This document shows, piece by piece, positions 39,291 through 48,238 of a DNA stretch of 64,000 nt. The notes under the pieces were generated by a model. That model saw only the letters and a list, made by a program, of their open reading frames with translations. It made no database searches and had not been told where the DNA came from. The first letter of the stretch is position 1. Every line of letters starts with the position of its first letter. The translations under genes were made by a program, and so were the position numbers. The DNA comes from an uncultured delta proteobacterium (GTDB lineage Bacteria; Desulfobacterota; Binatia; Binatales; Binataceae): contig CAWKOR010000002.1 of the NCBI GenBank assembly GCA_963851325.1, positions 167,960-231,959 of the forward strand, given 5' to 3'.

Positions 39291-39722
39291 ATGAATCACA
39301 TTCGGACTATCTACATATTGGCGGCGGCGCTTTCGGCGTTGTTAGTGATCTCTTCTTCGGCGCTGGCGGATCCATCGGCGCAGGCGATGATTGCGGCGGA
39401 CAACGCGCAGAGCCGGCGGCCAGACGTCAAGGAGGCACAGCGGCTGTACAACGCCGGAGCTACATTCGTCGATGTTCGCAGCGATCAGGAATGGCGCGAA
39501 GGACACGTGAAAGGCGCGCTTCACATGCCGGTCAAAGAATTACCCTCAGATGCTTCGGAAAAATTGACCGATAAGAATCAGCCGATCGTGACCTATTGCG
39601 AGTTGGGAGGACGTGCGGCGAAAGGCGCCGCCATTCTGCGCCAGCTTGGATACCACAACGTGACTGCGATGAGCGGTGGTTTCCCCGACTGGCAAAAAAT
39701 CAAACTTCCCAGCGCCCGCTAG
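39291..39722 (+). CDS. secreted rhodanese-domain sulfurtransferase
   Basis: Signal peptide. Active-site loop YCELGGRAAKG (CxxGxR). Confidence 0.8.
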   Translation: MNHIRTIYILAAALSALLVISSSALADPSAQAMIAADNAQSRRPDVKEAQRLYNAGATFVDVRSDQEWREGHVKGALHMPVKELPSDASEKLTDKNQPIVTYCELGGRAAKGAAILRQLGYHNVTAMSGGFPDWQKIKLPSAR

Positions 39723-39741
39723 GCAGGACGCTCCAGGACCT

Positions 39742-40905
39742 CTAGCTCAAGTCCCTGAAATAGGCGCGGATGTCGTTGGCGAGGAGCTCCGGTTCCTCCA
39801 TCGCCGCGAAATGCCCGCCCTTCGGCATCACGGTCCATCGCTTGACGTTGTAAATGCGCTCGGCCCAATGGCGCGGCGGCCGAACCAGCTCGCCCGGGAA
39901 CATCGCCATCGCGGTGGGAGTCTCGATGCGGGTGCCGGGCTTGAGCCGCCATGGATGATGACGCGATTCATAGTAGAGCCGGGTCGAGGAGTTAGCCGTC
40001 TGTGTGATCCAGTAAATCATCACATTGGTGAGCAACTGATCCTTGGTGAAACTATTCTCGACCACACCGTGGCAATCGCTCCAGGTGCGAAACTTCTCGA
40101 CGATCCACGCGCATAGTCCGGCCGGCGAATCGTTGAGGCCGTAGGCGAGCGTCTGCGGCTTGGTTCCCTGAATCCATTGATAGCCGGTTTCCGCCTGGCG
40201 AAATTTTTCGATATCGCCGAGGAAAACTTTTTCCTCCGCGGTGAGATCCGCGGCGCTGCGTCCCTCAGCCGGACCGGCGGCGATCATGTTGAGGTGGATG
40301 CCGAACAGATGCGGCTGAAACGCCTCCCCGATGCGCGATACGATTGCGGATCCCCAATCGCCCCCCTGCGCCCCATAGCGTTTATAGCCGAGGGTCTCGG
40401 TCATCAGCTTGTGAAAGATGTCGGCGATCGCCGGGATGTTCATCGCGCGGGCGGTGGGATGGCCGGAAAATCCGTAGCCCGGAAGCGAAGGCGCGATCAC
40501 GGTGAACGAATCGCGTGCATCGCCACCATGCGACGAGGGATCGGTGAGCATCGGAATGATTTCCATGAACTCGTAGATCGATCCCGGCCAGCCATGGACC
40601 AACAGCAGCGGCTTGGGATTGGGGCCGCGCCCTTCCTCGCGAATGAAGTGAATCTTGAGGCCGTCAATCTCGGTAGTAAAATGCTTCAGGTGATTGAGCG
40701 CAGCTTGGTGCTTGCGCCAGTCGTATTGGTTGCGCCAGTAGTCGAGCAGCTCGCGCATGTAGGCGAGATTGGTGCCGTACTCCCATCCGGTATCCGGCAC
40801 TTCGTCGGGCAGGCGCGTGCGATCGAGGCGCTCGCGGAGATCTTTCAGAACAGCATCCGACACTTCGATTCGAAACGATTCGATTGCCATGCGAACTAAC
40901 CCCAA
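39742..40905 (-). CDS. epoxide hydrolase (microsomal-type, EHN N-terminal domain)
   Basis: N-terminal F.I.VSD..L.DLRERL..TRLPDE motif, HGWPGS and nucleophile GGDWGS. Confidence 0.85.
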   Translation of the reverse strand: MGLVRMAIESFRIEVSDAVLKDLRERLDRTRLPDEVPDTGWEYGTNLAYMRELLDYWRNQYDWRKHQAALNHLKHFTTEIDGLKIHFIREEGRGPNPKPLLLVHGWPGSIYEFMEIIPMLTDPSSHGGDARDSFTVIAPSLPGYGFSGHPTARAMNIPAIADIFHKLMTETLGYKRYGAQGGDWGSAIVSRIGEAFQPHLFGIHLNMIAAGPAEGRSAADLTAEEKVFLGDIEKFRQAETGYQWIQGTKPQTLAYGLNDSPAGLCAWIVEKFRTWSDCHGVVENSFTKDQLLTNVMIYWITQTANSSTRLYYESRHHPWRLKPGTRIETPTAMAMFPGELVRPPRHWAERIYNVKRWTVMPKGGHFAAMEEPELLANDIRAYFRDLS

Positions 40906-40945
40906 GCCCCTCCCCCCCGAGAGAAGGGCGACCGAACAGAATCAG

Positions 40946-42163
40946 TTACAGCAACTCGCTCCCGCCTGTTGCGGCACGGGTGCTGCCGTCGCGCTTGTAC
41001 CAATCGAGCAGGTTGCGCGCGATGAGCGACAGGTGAACCTCGTCGGCCCCATCGACAAGGCGCGCGGAGCGTGCATGCCGGAACATATCTTCAAGTGGCG
41101 TGTCGGAAGAAAATCCCAACGCGCCGTGAACCTGGATCGCGCGATCCAGGACCCGCCACAGCATGTTCGCGACGTGATACTTGGTCATCGAGACTTCATG
41201 GCGAAACGGCAGGTTGTTCTCGATTAGATACGCCGCGTGAAGCACCATCAGCTTCGCCTGATATAGCTCCAGCGCCGACTGCGACATCATGAACTGGATG
41301 CCCTGCTTCTCCGCCAGCTTGCCGCCCTGAACGCTGCGCTCCAACGCGCGCTTGGCCGTCATCTCGAGCGCGATTTCCGCATTGCCGATCCATCGCATGC
41401 AATGCGCGAGGCGTGCCGGGCCCAGGCGCACTTGGCCGAGCTTATGACCCTCGCCGCGCCCGCCGAGCATCGAATCGGCTGGCACCGTGACGTTCTCGAG
41501 GCTTATCTCGCAATGATTTCCCTTGCCCGCCATGGTGTCGATGTCGCGGACAATTTTGAATCCCTCATTGGGCAGCTCGACGATAAATGCCGAGTTACGC
41601 GCCTGCGGGGGATCGGCGTCGGGATCGGTCTTCGCAATCACGATGGCGAACTTGGCGCCGTGCGCACCCGAGATGAACCACTTGTGGCCATTGATGATCC
41701 AGTTGTCGCCGACTTTCTCGGCGTGGGTTTTGATTTGGGTCGGATCCGAGCCAGCCGCCTCGGGCTCCGTCATCGCAAAGCAGGAGCGGATTTTTCCGTC
41801 ACACAACGGACGTAGATATTTTTCCTTCTGCGAGGGCGTCGCGAAGTGCAGCATGGTATGCATGTTGCCCTCGTCGGGCGCCTGCGCGTTGATGATGAAC
41901 GATGCGAGCCGGCTGCGACCGCACTCCGCCGACACCATCGCCATCGCCAGCGGCCCGAGGCCCATCCCGCCGAACTCCGGCGGCATATGCGGGCACCATA
42001 GACCCTGCGCCTTGGCCTTGCGCCGCAGCTCGCCGATGCCCTCGCGCCAGCGTTGCGTTTTGCGCAGCTCCTTCTCGGCCGGATCGATCTCGTCCTTGAT
42101 AAAGGCGCGGATCTTGTCGCGCACGGCGAGGACGTCGGGCGACATCATGAAGTCGATGGACAT
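40946..42163 (-). CDS. acyl-CoA dehydrogenase
   Basis: 405 aa. CFAMTEPEAAGSD, the catalytic C-terminal region and ACAD length. Confidence 0.85.
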   Translation of the reverse strand: MSIDFMMSPDVLAVRDKIRAFIKDEIDPAEKELRKTQRWREGIGELRRKAKAQGLWCPHMPPEFGGMGLGPLAMAMVSAECGRSRLASFIINAQAPDEGNMHTMLHFATPSQKEKYLRPLCDGKIRSCFAMTEPEAAGSDPTQIKTHAEKVGDNWIINGHKWFISGAHGAKFAIVIAKTDPDADPPQARNSAFIVELPNEGFKIVRDIDTMAGKGNHCEISLENVTVPADSMLGGRGEGHKLGQVRLGPARLAHCMRWIGNAEIALEMTAKRALERSVQGGKLAEKQGIQFMMSQSALELYQAKLMVLHAAYLIENNLPFRHEVSMTKYHVANMLWRVLDRAIQVHGALGFSSDTPLEDMFRHARSARLVDGADEVHLSLIARNLLDWYKRDGSTRAATGGSELL

Positions 42164-42182
42164 GCTGCAGTACTCCTTTAAG

Positions 42183-42428
42183 TTTCCCTCGACCCCAGTA
42201 GGGGTTCTCGGGGCGCCTGCGGCGCGGCTCCGCCCGCTTCGCGTTTCAATTCAAACTCACCCCTCGGTTTTCCCTCGACCCCAGTAGGGGTTCTCGGGGC
42301 GCCTGCGGCGCGGCTCCGCCCGCTTCGCGTTTCAATTCAAACTCACCCCTCGGTTTTCCCTCGACCCCAGTAGGGGTTCTCGGGGCGCCTGCGGCGCGGC
42401 TCCGCCCGCTTCGCGTCTCGATTCAAGC
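42183..42428. repeat. 86-bp tandem repeat, about 2.8 copies (42183-42268, 42269-42354, 42355-~42428)
   Basis: Copies 1 and 2 are identical at all 86 positions by direct reading. Copy 3 is identical for the first ~64 nt, then diverges (gcgtctcgattcaagc vs gcgtttcaattcaaac). Lies between the divergent ACAD and SDR genes. Confidence 0.95.
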
Positions 42429-42600
42429 ATCACAAAAAGCCTCTTCCAATGTCAGGCTTCGGTTCGAGTTCAAGCGGATACGCCCAAAGTGATAGAGGGA
42501 AATGCGCCAAGTCGTCAACTGCGAACGACTCTGGCGTTTATCCAACTTCCGTGCGATAGGGACACCGTGAATGTCTGATCGTTTCATGGAGGAAAACAAC

Positions 42601-43377
42601 ATGGCAGGAAGAATCGCGGATCGCGTGGCTATAGTTACCGGGGGCGCATCGGGTATCGGCAAGGCGACGGTGGAGTTGTTCGCGCAGGAAGGCGCGAAGG
42701 TCATCATCGGCGATCTGCAGGACAGCGAAGGTGAGAAGATCGCCAAGGCGATCGGCGGCACCTTCGTTGCCACCGATGTCAGCGATCCCAAGCAGGTCGA
42801 AAAGCTGGTCCGCGCCGCGGTCGACAAGTTCGGCAAGCTCGACATCATGTACAACAACGCCGGCATCGGCGTCACTTCGCCATTGCTCGAGCACACCGAT
42901 GAGCTCTACTACAAAACCATCCGCATCGATCTCGACGGGGTTTTCTGGGGACTGCGGTACGCCGGCAAGGTGATGGTCGCGCAGAAGCGTGGCGCGATCG
43001 TGAATACCGCCTCGGTCGCGGGGATTCGCGGCAGCGTCGGCTTGTCGGCCTACAACGCGGCGAAGCACGGGGTCGTCGGACTCACCCGCAACGCGGCGCT
43101 CGAATTTGCGCCCGCCGGCGTGCGCGTGAATTGCGTATGCCCCGGCATTATCGATACGCCGCTGGTCGCGCGCGCATTCGGCCACACCGAGGAGATTCGC
43201 GAATCGATGCATCGGTTTCATCCGCTCGGCCGCATGGGCAAGCCGTCGGAGATTGCAAGCGCGGTGTTGTTCCTCGCCTCGGATGACGCATCATTCGTTA
43301 CCGGCCACGCGCTGGTCGTCGATGGCGGCATCTGCGCGGGAGCGGGCAGCACGCAAGGCATCACCACCAACGACTGA
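42601..43377 (+). CDS. SDR family oxidoreductase
   Basis: ATG 42601 preceded by GGAGGA. TGGASGIGKA, NTASVAG and YNAAKHG. Confidence 0.85.
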   Translation: MAGRIADRVAIVTGGASGIGKATVELFAQEGAKVIIGDLQDSEGEKIAKAIGGTFVATDVSDPKQVEKLVRAAVDKFGKLDIMYNNAGIGVTSPLLEHTDELYYKTIRIDLDGVFWGLRYAGKVMVAQKRGAIVNTASVAGIRGSVGLSAYNAAKHGVVGLTRNAALEFAPAGVRVNCVCPGIIDTPLVARAFGHTEEIRESMHRFHPLGRMGKPSEIASAVLFLASDDASFVTGHALVVDGGICAGAGSTQGITTND

Positions 43378-43450
43378 GACGAGACTACACTTCGATGTAT
43401 CCCGCTCGGTGAACGACCTGCAGCTAATGCCGATCACCTGAGGAGTATCG

Positions 43451-44032
43451 ATGCTGACGCTTTATTTTTGTCCGGGGACCAGCTCGATGGCGCCGCATAT
43501 TGCGTTGCATGAGATCGGTGCGCCGTTTGAGAGCCGCGCGATCTCGCTCGCGAAGAAAGAGAATCGCAAGCCAGACTTTCTCGCGCTGAACCCGGAGGGC
43601 AAAGTTCCCACGCTGCTGATCGATGGTCGCCCGATGACCGAAGTCGCCGCGATCCTCTTCTATCTCGCCCGGCGTTTTCCAGACGCCGGGCTGCTTCCAC
43701 AAGGCGACCTCGAAGCTGAGGCGCAAGTCATCTCGTGGATGTCGTTCATCGCGGCAACGATCCATCCGGCGCGCCGCCAGGGCCTCGACTATGCGCGCGC
43801 CGTATGGGCGCTGGCGGAGGGGCGTTTGGGCAATCGCGAGTGGGCGGTTGGCAGCTACTCGATTGCGGACATCCACCTCTTCCGGTTGTTCTGGCGCTTC
43901 CGCGGTTCGCTCAATCCGAAGCCCGGGGAATTCCCGAATCTGACGTCGCATCATGACCGGATGATGGCGCGCGCGGCGGTCAAGCGGACCATCGAGGTGG
44001 AAGCGGCGATCGGGTATGACCTGCCGGCTTAA
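43451..44032 (+). CDS. glutathione S-transferase
   Basis: 193 aa. N-terminal thioredoxin-like LYFCPGTSSMAPHIAL..NPEGKVPTL, and a C-terminal GST helix domain. Confidence 0.8.
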   Translation: MLTLYFCPGTSSMAPHIALHEIGAPFESRAISLAKKENRKPDFLALNPEGKVPTLLIDGRPMTEVAAILFYLARRFPDAGLLPQGDLEAEAQVISWMSFIAATIHPARRQGLDYARAVWALAEGRLGNREWAVGSYSIADIHLFRLFWRFRGSLNPKPGEFPNLTSHHDRMMARAAVKRTIEVEAAIGYDLPA

Positions 44033-44034
44033 GG

Positions 44035-44059
44035 CTCTATCGACATCGTGTCGATAGAG
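44035..44059 (+). terminator. perfect 11-bp stem / 3-nt loop hairpin immediately after GST stop
   Basis: ctctatcgaca-tcg-tgtcgatagag read directly. No U-tract follows, so an intrinsic-terminator role is uncertain. Confidence 0.35.
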
Positions 44060-44073
44060 TTCAGCCAGGCTCG

Positions 44074-44192
44074 AAGTGGGTTTGTTTTTGCGATTTCGGC
44101 CAGTCCTAGCGTCTGCTTAGCTACGGTTCTCGACGCCACCTCAAATCCAGAAAACCCAGGAAATTCCTACACTAAGTGGGTTTGTTTTTGCG
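44074..44192. repeat. 19-bp exact direct repeat aagtgggtttgtttttgcg (44074-44092 and 44174-44192) plus degenerate third copy at 44231-44246
   Basis: Read directly. The repeats are exactly 100 bp apart in a 345-bp convergent intergenic region. Confidence 0.8.
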
Positions 44193-44377
44193 TTTTTCTC
44201 CTTCGCCGACCGCAGTATTGGGAGGGCCGCGGTGGGTTCGTTTATGTAATCACGCCATGCGCGCTCGTTTCGGCATAAACAGCGACGGCGCCAACTCGGC
44301 GCCGCAACTCGATGCTAGCATATTGCGACTCCCGAGTAATCCGGGTGTGGGAGGGATCCAGCCTCAGGTCGAATGGC

Positions 44378-44818
44378 TCAGGATTTCGGGGCGAGTTCCT
44401 GCTTGACCATTTCGCTAGCCATCTTGCCGTCGAGGCGCGCGCCGAATTTGTCGCGCAATGATTTCATCAGTGGACCGATTTGAGTCGCTCCGCCCGCGAT
44501 CGCTTCTTTGACTGCCGCGCGCAATTCTTCCTCGCTGATGCCGGCCGGAAGGTAGCCTTCGATGATCTTCAGTTCCGCCTCGTTCTGCTCGACGAGTTCC
44601 TGGCGGCCGCCTTTACGCGCGAACATCAAGGTCTCTTCGCGCCGCGCCTTCTCACGCTTGAGAATTTGCACGATGGCGGCCTCGTCGGCTTCGCGACGGA
44701 CATCTTTTTCGACCTCGAAGCGCGAGACCTCGGCGAGCACTCCGCGCAGCACCATGGTGCGGAGCTTGTCGCCGGATTTCATAGCGGTGGTCAATTCGTC
44801 GCGCAGTTTCTGCTTCAC
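44378..44818 (-). CDS. GatB/YqeY domain-containing protein
   Basis: 146 aa. LRDELTTAMKSGDK..LR....EV and the typical YqeY length. Confidence 0.8.
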   Translation of the reverse strand: MKQKLRDELTTAMKSGDKLRTMVLRGVLAEVSRFEVEKDVRREADEAAIVQILKREKARREETLMFARKGGRQELVEQNEAELKIIEGYLPAGISEEELRAAVKEAIAGGATQIGPLMKSLRDKFGARLDGKMASEMVKQELAPKS

Positions 44819-44935
44819 AACTACCTCGTGTACCCGGCTAGCTTATCCGTCTCGCCTGCATGGCAAAAGCCGTCCCTCAAACGCGCTCGACGTTATCAAA
44901 CCCCAACGTCATACTTGGCGAAGGAGGATGAAAAC

Positions 44936-45337
44936 ATGTCTAACGATTCGAGGCTCGCCTATCTTCGAATCGCGCTCGTAGTTGTGGGCACGATTTTCCT
45001 GATCGGCATCTACCCGCTCACGATTCTATGGCCCTCGGGATGGACCTGGCACCCGGGGCCATCAATGTACCTCCAGATGATCCTCGGTGTGTACGCGACG
45101 CTCGGGGTGTTTTTGATCATGGCGTCGCGCAACCCGCTGGAGAACCTCAGCCTCATCTGGTTCACCGTATGGTCGAGCGTGGTGCACGCAGCGATTATGC
45201 TGATCCAGGCGCTGGCCTATCCTGAACACGAGGGACATCTGTTAGGCGATGTACCGGCGCTGTTTGTCGTCGCAATCGTGCTCGCCGTGCTGACTCCGCG
45301 CGGCAATGCACGGGACGAATCGCGCGCCGCCGCCTGA
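44936..45337 (+). CDS. small integral membrane protein (about 4 TM)
   Basis: Internal ATG 44936 of track ORF 44480. The upstream part is antisense to the YqeY gene and was discarded. Hydrophobic segments are present throughout. Confidence 0.55.
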   Translation: MSNDSRLAYLRIALVVVGTIFLIGIYPLTILWPSGWTWHPGPSMYLQMILGVYATLGVFLIMASRNPLENLSLIWFTVWSSVVHAAIMLIQALAYPEHEGHLLGDVPALFVVAIVLAVLTPRGNARDESRAAA

Positions 45338-45365
45338 TCGCCGTCGTGAAAATGACCCGAAACGG

Positions 45366-46223
45366 TTAGTAGTGTATCGATGGCACGTATGCGCTGGACG
45401 GCTCGTTGTAGAGTCCTATGGTCATGAGCGTCATCTGCTGCACCAGGCGCAAACCGTTCGCCATGCACCATCGAAAGAGCTCGCCGTTGCGGGTCGGCAC
45501 CAGGATGCCCGGGCCCATTATCATCGGCGCGGCCCCGATGAGCGCGCGCACATCGTCGTTGCTCTCGCCCACTACGTGCCCGAAGAATGCGATCGCGCTC
45601 GCGTACCCGGTGAGGCGTCCCAGCCGCTCGACCACGGTTGCGCCACCGCCCCGGATCGCATCGAGGAGTTCGCCGCCGCGATGATGTCCATGCACGCGAT
45701 GGCATAGTTGGTTGCAGGCCTCGAGATCCGCCTCCATTGCCTTGCGGACCTCGTAGCCCGGAAGCTTGAGGTTGAGCGGTTTACCTTGCATGACCGAAAG
45801 CGGCTCCCGCGTTTCGAATCCGAGCTTGGTGTAAAGGCATAACGAGCGGTTGTGGTAAGCGGTCTGGACCAGGCGCACTCCGGCGAACTTCCGCGCCTGC
45901 GCGCGTTCCAGCACATTCTCCATCAGAGAACGCCCGATGCTCTGATTCTGCACCGATGGATCAACGCTGATAGGACCGATGCCGGCAATCGCGGTGCGCT
46001 CATCCATAAAATTGCTGCCCGCGATTTTGCCGTCGACCTCGCCCACCACCGAATAGAAACCCGGGTTCGAAGCGAGCGCCGTCACCGTGCGGACCGCGTC
46101 CTCGACAGACGGAAAGTCGGGCGGAAAGCCGTGTTCATCGCCGATCGCTTTGAAAGCGTCGTAGTTGATTTGCCCCAGGACCGCCGCGTCTTCGAGGGTT
46201 GCGCGCCGCATATTCAGCTTCAT
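45366..46223 (-). CDS. GNAT family N-acetyltransferase
   Basis: Start set at ATG 46223 (MKLNMRRATLEDA). Acetyl-CoA motif QNQSIGRSLMENVLERA..G. The longer track ORF would overlap the divergent M20 gene. Confidence 0.7.
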   Translation of the reverse strand: MKLNMRRATLEDAAVLGQINYDAFKAIGDEHGFPPDFPSVEDAVRTVTALASNPGFYSVVGEVDGKIAGSNFMDERTAIAGIGPISVDPSVQNQSIGRSLMENVLERAQARKFAGVRLVQTAYHNRSLCLYTKLGFETREPLSVMQGKPLNLKLPGYEVRKAMEADLEACNQLCHRVHGHHRGGELLDAIRGGGATVVERLGRLTGYASAIAFFGHVVGESNDDVRALIGAAPMIMGPGILVPTRNGELFRWCMANGLRLVQQMTLMTIGLYNEPSSAYVPSIHY

Positions 46224-46312
46224 GTTGTTCTCCCGCGCATCAGGCGCTAGATAGCAATCTCCGTCATAGGTGCCGAAGAAATCAATCAGCCCAAGCATCG
46301 GGGAGGAACGCG

Positions 46313-47479
46313 ATGGACGCAAAAGCCGGAGCCAATGAAAAACTGCGCGCGATGCAATCCGGGCTAATCGATCTGAGCCATCGCATTCATGCAAACCCCG
46401 AACTCGGCTTCGAGGAGCTTCGAGCGTCGATGTGGCTATGCGAGATGCTCTCCGATGCGGGTTTCCAGGTCGAAGCGGGTGTCTGCGAGATGCCGACCGC
46501 GTTCATCGCGCGCGCCGGCTCGGGTCCTCTGCATGTCGCGATTTGCGCCGAGTACGACAGCCTCCCGCAAATAGGGCATGCGTGCGGGCATAACCTGATC
46601 GCCGCGATGGCGGTCGGAGCGGGAATCGCCGCGGCACGGGTTGCCGATGAGGTCGGTCTCACCGTCAACGTATACGGGACGCCCGCCGAGGAGGTCGGCG
46701 ATGGCGGGGGCAAGGTTTTGATGCTCGAGCGCGGCGGCTTTGAGGGCATCCATGCTGCAATGATGGTGCATCCGTCGCCGGCCGATGCGCTGGACTTGCC
46801 CGGTAATGCGATCACGACCTTCGACGTCCACTACACCGGCAGGGAAGCTCATGCCGCAGCGTTTCCGGAACTCGGAATCAACGCACTCGACGCATTGACC
46901 ATCGCGCAAACCTCAATTGGCCTGCTGCGCCAGCACATGCGGGCGAGCGATCGCGTCCACGGCATCATCACCCATGGCGGCGATGTACCCAACGTGATCC
47001 CGGCGCACACCAGCGCGCGATATATGGTGCGCGCGAAGACCATCAACGACCTCGACGACATCCGCGACAAGGTTCGTCGATGCTTCGAGGCCGGCGCGCT
47101 CGCCACCGGATCGAAGCTGGAAATCGTCGGCGGCAACAAGCCCTACGCCGAGCTGCATCACGACCCGCGCATCTCCGCGCTCTATGCGCGCAATGCGGAA
47201 ATCCTCGGCCGCTACTTCGTCAAAATGCCGCCGGGCGCCAGCGCCGCGTTTTCGACGGACATGGGTAATGTTTCGCTCGCGATTCCCTCGATTCATCCGA
47301 TGATCGGGATCGCCTCGATGCCGGCGGTAAATCATCAGCCGGAGTTTGCCGCCCACTGCATCAAGCCCGAGGCCGACCAGGCGCTGATGGACGGAGCGCT
47401 CGCGATGGCGTGGACGGCGATCGACCTCGCCACTGACCACCTGTTGCGCGATCAGCTCATCAAGCGGCCTGTGATATAA
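46313..47479 (+). CDS. M20 family amidohydrolase / metallopeptidase (M20D-like)
   Basis: ATG 46313. IHANPELGFEE, GHACGHNLIA, and dimerisation and catalytic domains of typical length. Confidence 0.8.
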   Translation: MDAKAGANEKLRAMQSGLIDLSHRIHANPELGFEELRASMWLCEMLSDAGFQVEAGVCEMPTAFIARAGSGPLHVAICAEYDSLPQIGHACGHNLIAAMAVGAGIAAARVADEVGLTVNVYGTPAEEVGDGGGKVLMLERGGFEGIHAAMMVHPSPADALDLPGNAITTFDVHYTGREAHAAAFPELGINALDALTIAQTSIGLLRQHMRASDRVHGIITHGGDVPNVIPAHTSARYMVRAKTINDLDDIRDKVRRCFEAGALATGSKLEIVGGNKPYAELHHDPRISALYARNAEILGRYFVKMPPGASAAFSTDMGNVSLAIPSIHPMIGIASMPAVNHQPEFAAHCIKPEADQALMDGALAMAWTAIDLATDHLLRDQLIKRPVI

Positions 47480-47586
47480 ATAACGTGATGCGCGTGCTCT
47501 CTTTCGGCGTATGTCTCCCTGAGCCGAAAGATGACCGCGATTTTTCGCCGCGATTTTTCGCACAGTTCCACCGGAGGAGCTTCTCC

Positions 47587-47871
47587 ATGGCAGACGGCAA
47601 CAATTCGGGAGTCGTATATTTAATCGTCAATCGCGCCGAGGTTGTATCCGAAGGATGCAGCGCGTGCGGACAGGGCTTCGCCTCCGAACCTGCAGGCGCA
47701 CAAGCACTCAGCGCCGCGGTCGGAGCCGCAAACACCACCTATATGTTTTGCGCGGGATGCGGCGAGTCGATCATGTCGCATCTGCAGAACGACGCGGCGC
47801 GTCAGCATTACGGATGGGACTGGACGGTTCCACTGCGCGGTAAACCGCTGGACGGCAACGGCACTCATTAG
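47587..47871 (+). CDS. 94-aa CxxC...CxxC zinc-ribbon-like protein (copy 1 of a triplicated domain)
   Basis: ATG 47587 preceded by GGAGGAG. LIVNRAEVVSEGCSACGQ...FCAGCGESIMSHL...YGWDWTVPL. By my manual count, 44 of 75 aligned residues are identical to the N-terminus of 48177..49040. Confidence 0.65.
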   Translation: MADGNNSGVVYLIVNRAEVVSEGCSACGQGFASEPAGAQALSAAVGAANTTYMFCAGCGESIMSHLQNDAARQHYGWDWTVPLRGKPLDGNGTH

Positions 47872-47947
47872 GCACGTGGACAACTGCTCGCGACCCGAGA
47901 CCCATCACGACCTAACGCCGCTCGGCTCCGAGGTCGCGTAAAGCCTG

Positions 47948-48238
47948 ATGTTCTGGCGATTTGCATTCCGCGAGGAGACCGGTCCGCGGGTCCTGCTGGT
48001 AAATACCGCCGAGATCGTCGAATCGATATGCGCGGCCTGTGGTGCACGCCTCGCCTCCGATCCCAAGGGCGAATCGATCCTCGTCGCAGCGTCGAGCGGC
48101 AACGGAAATCGCCACCAGTGCTACTGCGCGGACTGTAGCGATGAGCGATGGGTTCCGACCCTCGCAGGCCGCGCGCTCAATCGCTACGCGCTGGACTGGG
48201 CGATGCCGTTGCGTCAATCGCTTGAGTCGGCTGGTTGA
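47948..48238 (+). CDS. 96-aa diverged copy of the same zinc-ribbon-like domain (copy 2; possibly decaying)
   Basis: LLVNTAEIVESICAACG...CYCADCSDE...RYALDWAMPL keeps four Cys and the DW..PL end. Weak RBS. The 3' end overlaps the convergent gene by 62 nt. Confidence 0.45.
   Translation: MFWRFAFREETGPRVLLVNTAEIVESICAACGARLASDPKGESILVAASSGNGNRHQCYCADCSDERWVPTLAGRALNRYALDWAMPLRQSLESAG

Noticed and set aside
41523-42287. 254-aa plus-strand ORF running from inside the ACAD gene into the tandem repeat
   Set aside because: It is antisense to the acyl-CoA dehydrogenase. Its C-terminus is simply the translated repeat unit.
42183-42428. Possibility that the 86-bp repeats are a CRISPR array
   Set aside because: The units are directly abutting with no unique spacers. 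The unit length is far above CRISPR repeat size, and no cas genes are in the window.
44480-44935. 5' extension of track ORF 44480-45337, plus the long N-terminal extensions of ORFs 46199-47479, 45366-46394, 51264-51800 and 14586-15776
   Set aside because: The extensions are antisense to, or overlap, neighbouring supported genes and lack homology-like sequence. Internal starts with RBS and proper N-termini or signal peptides were preferred.
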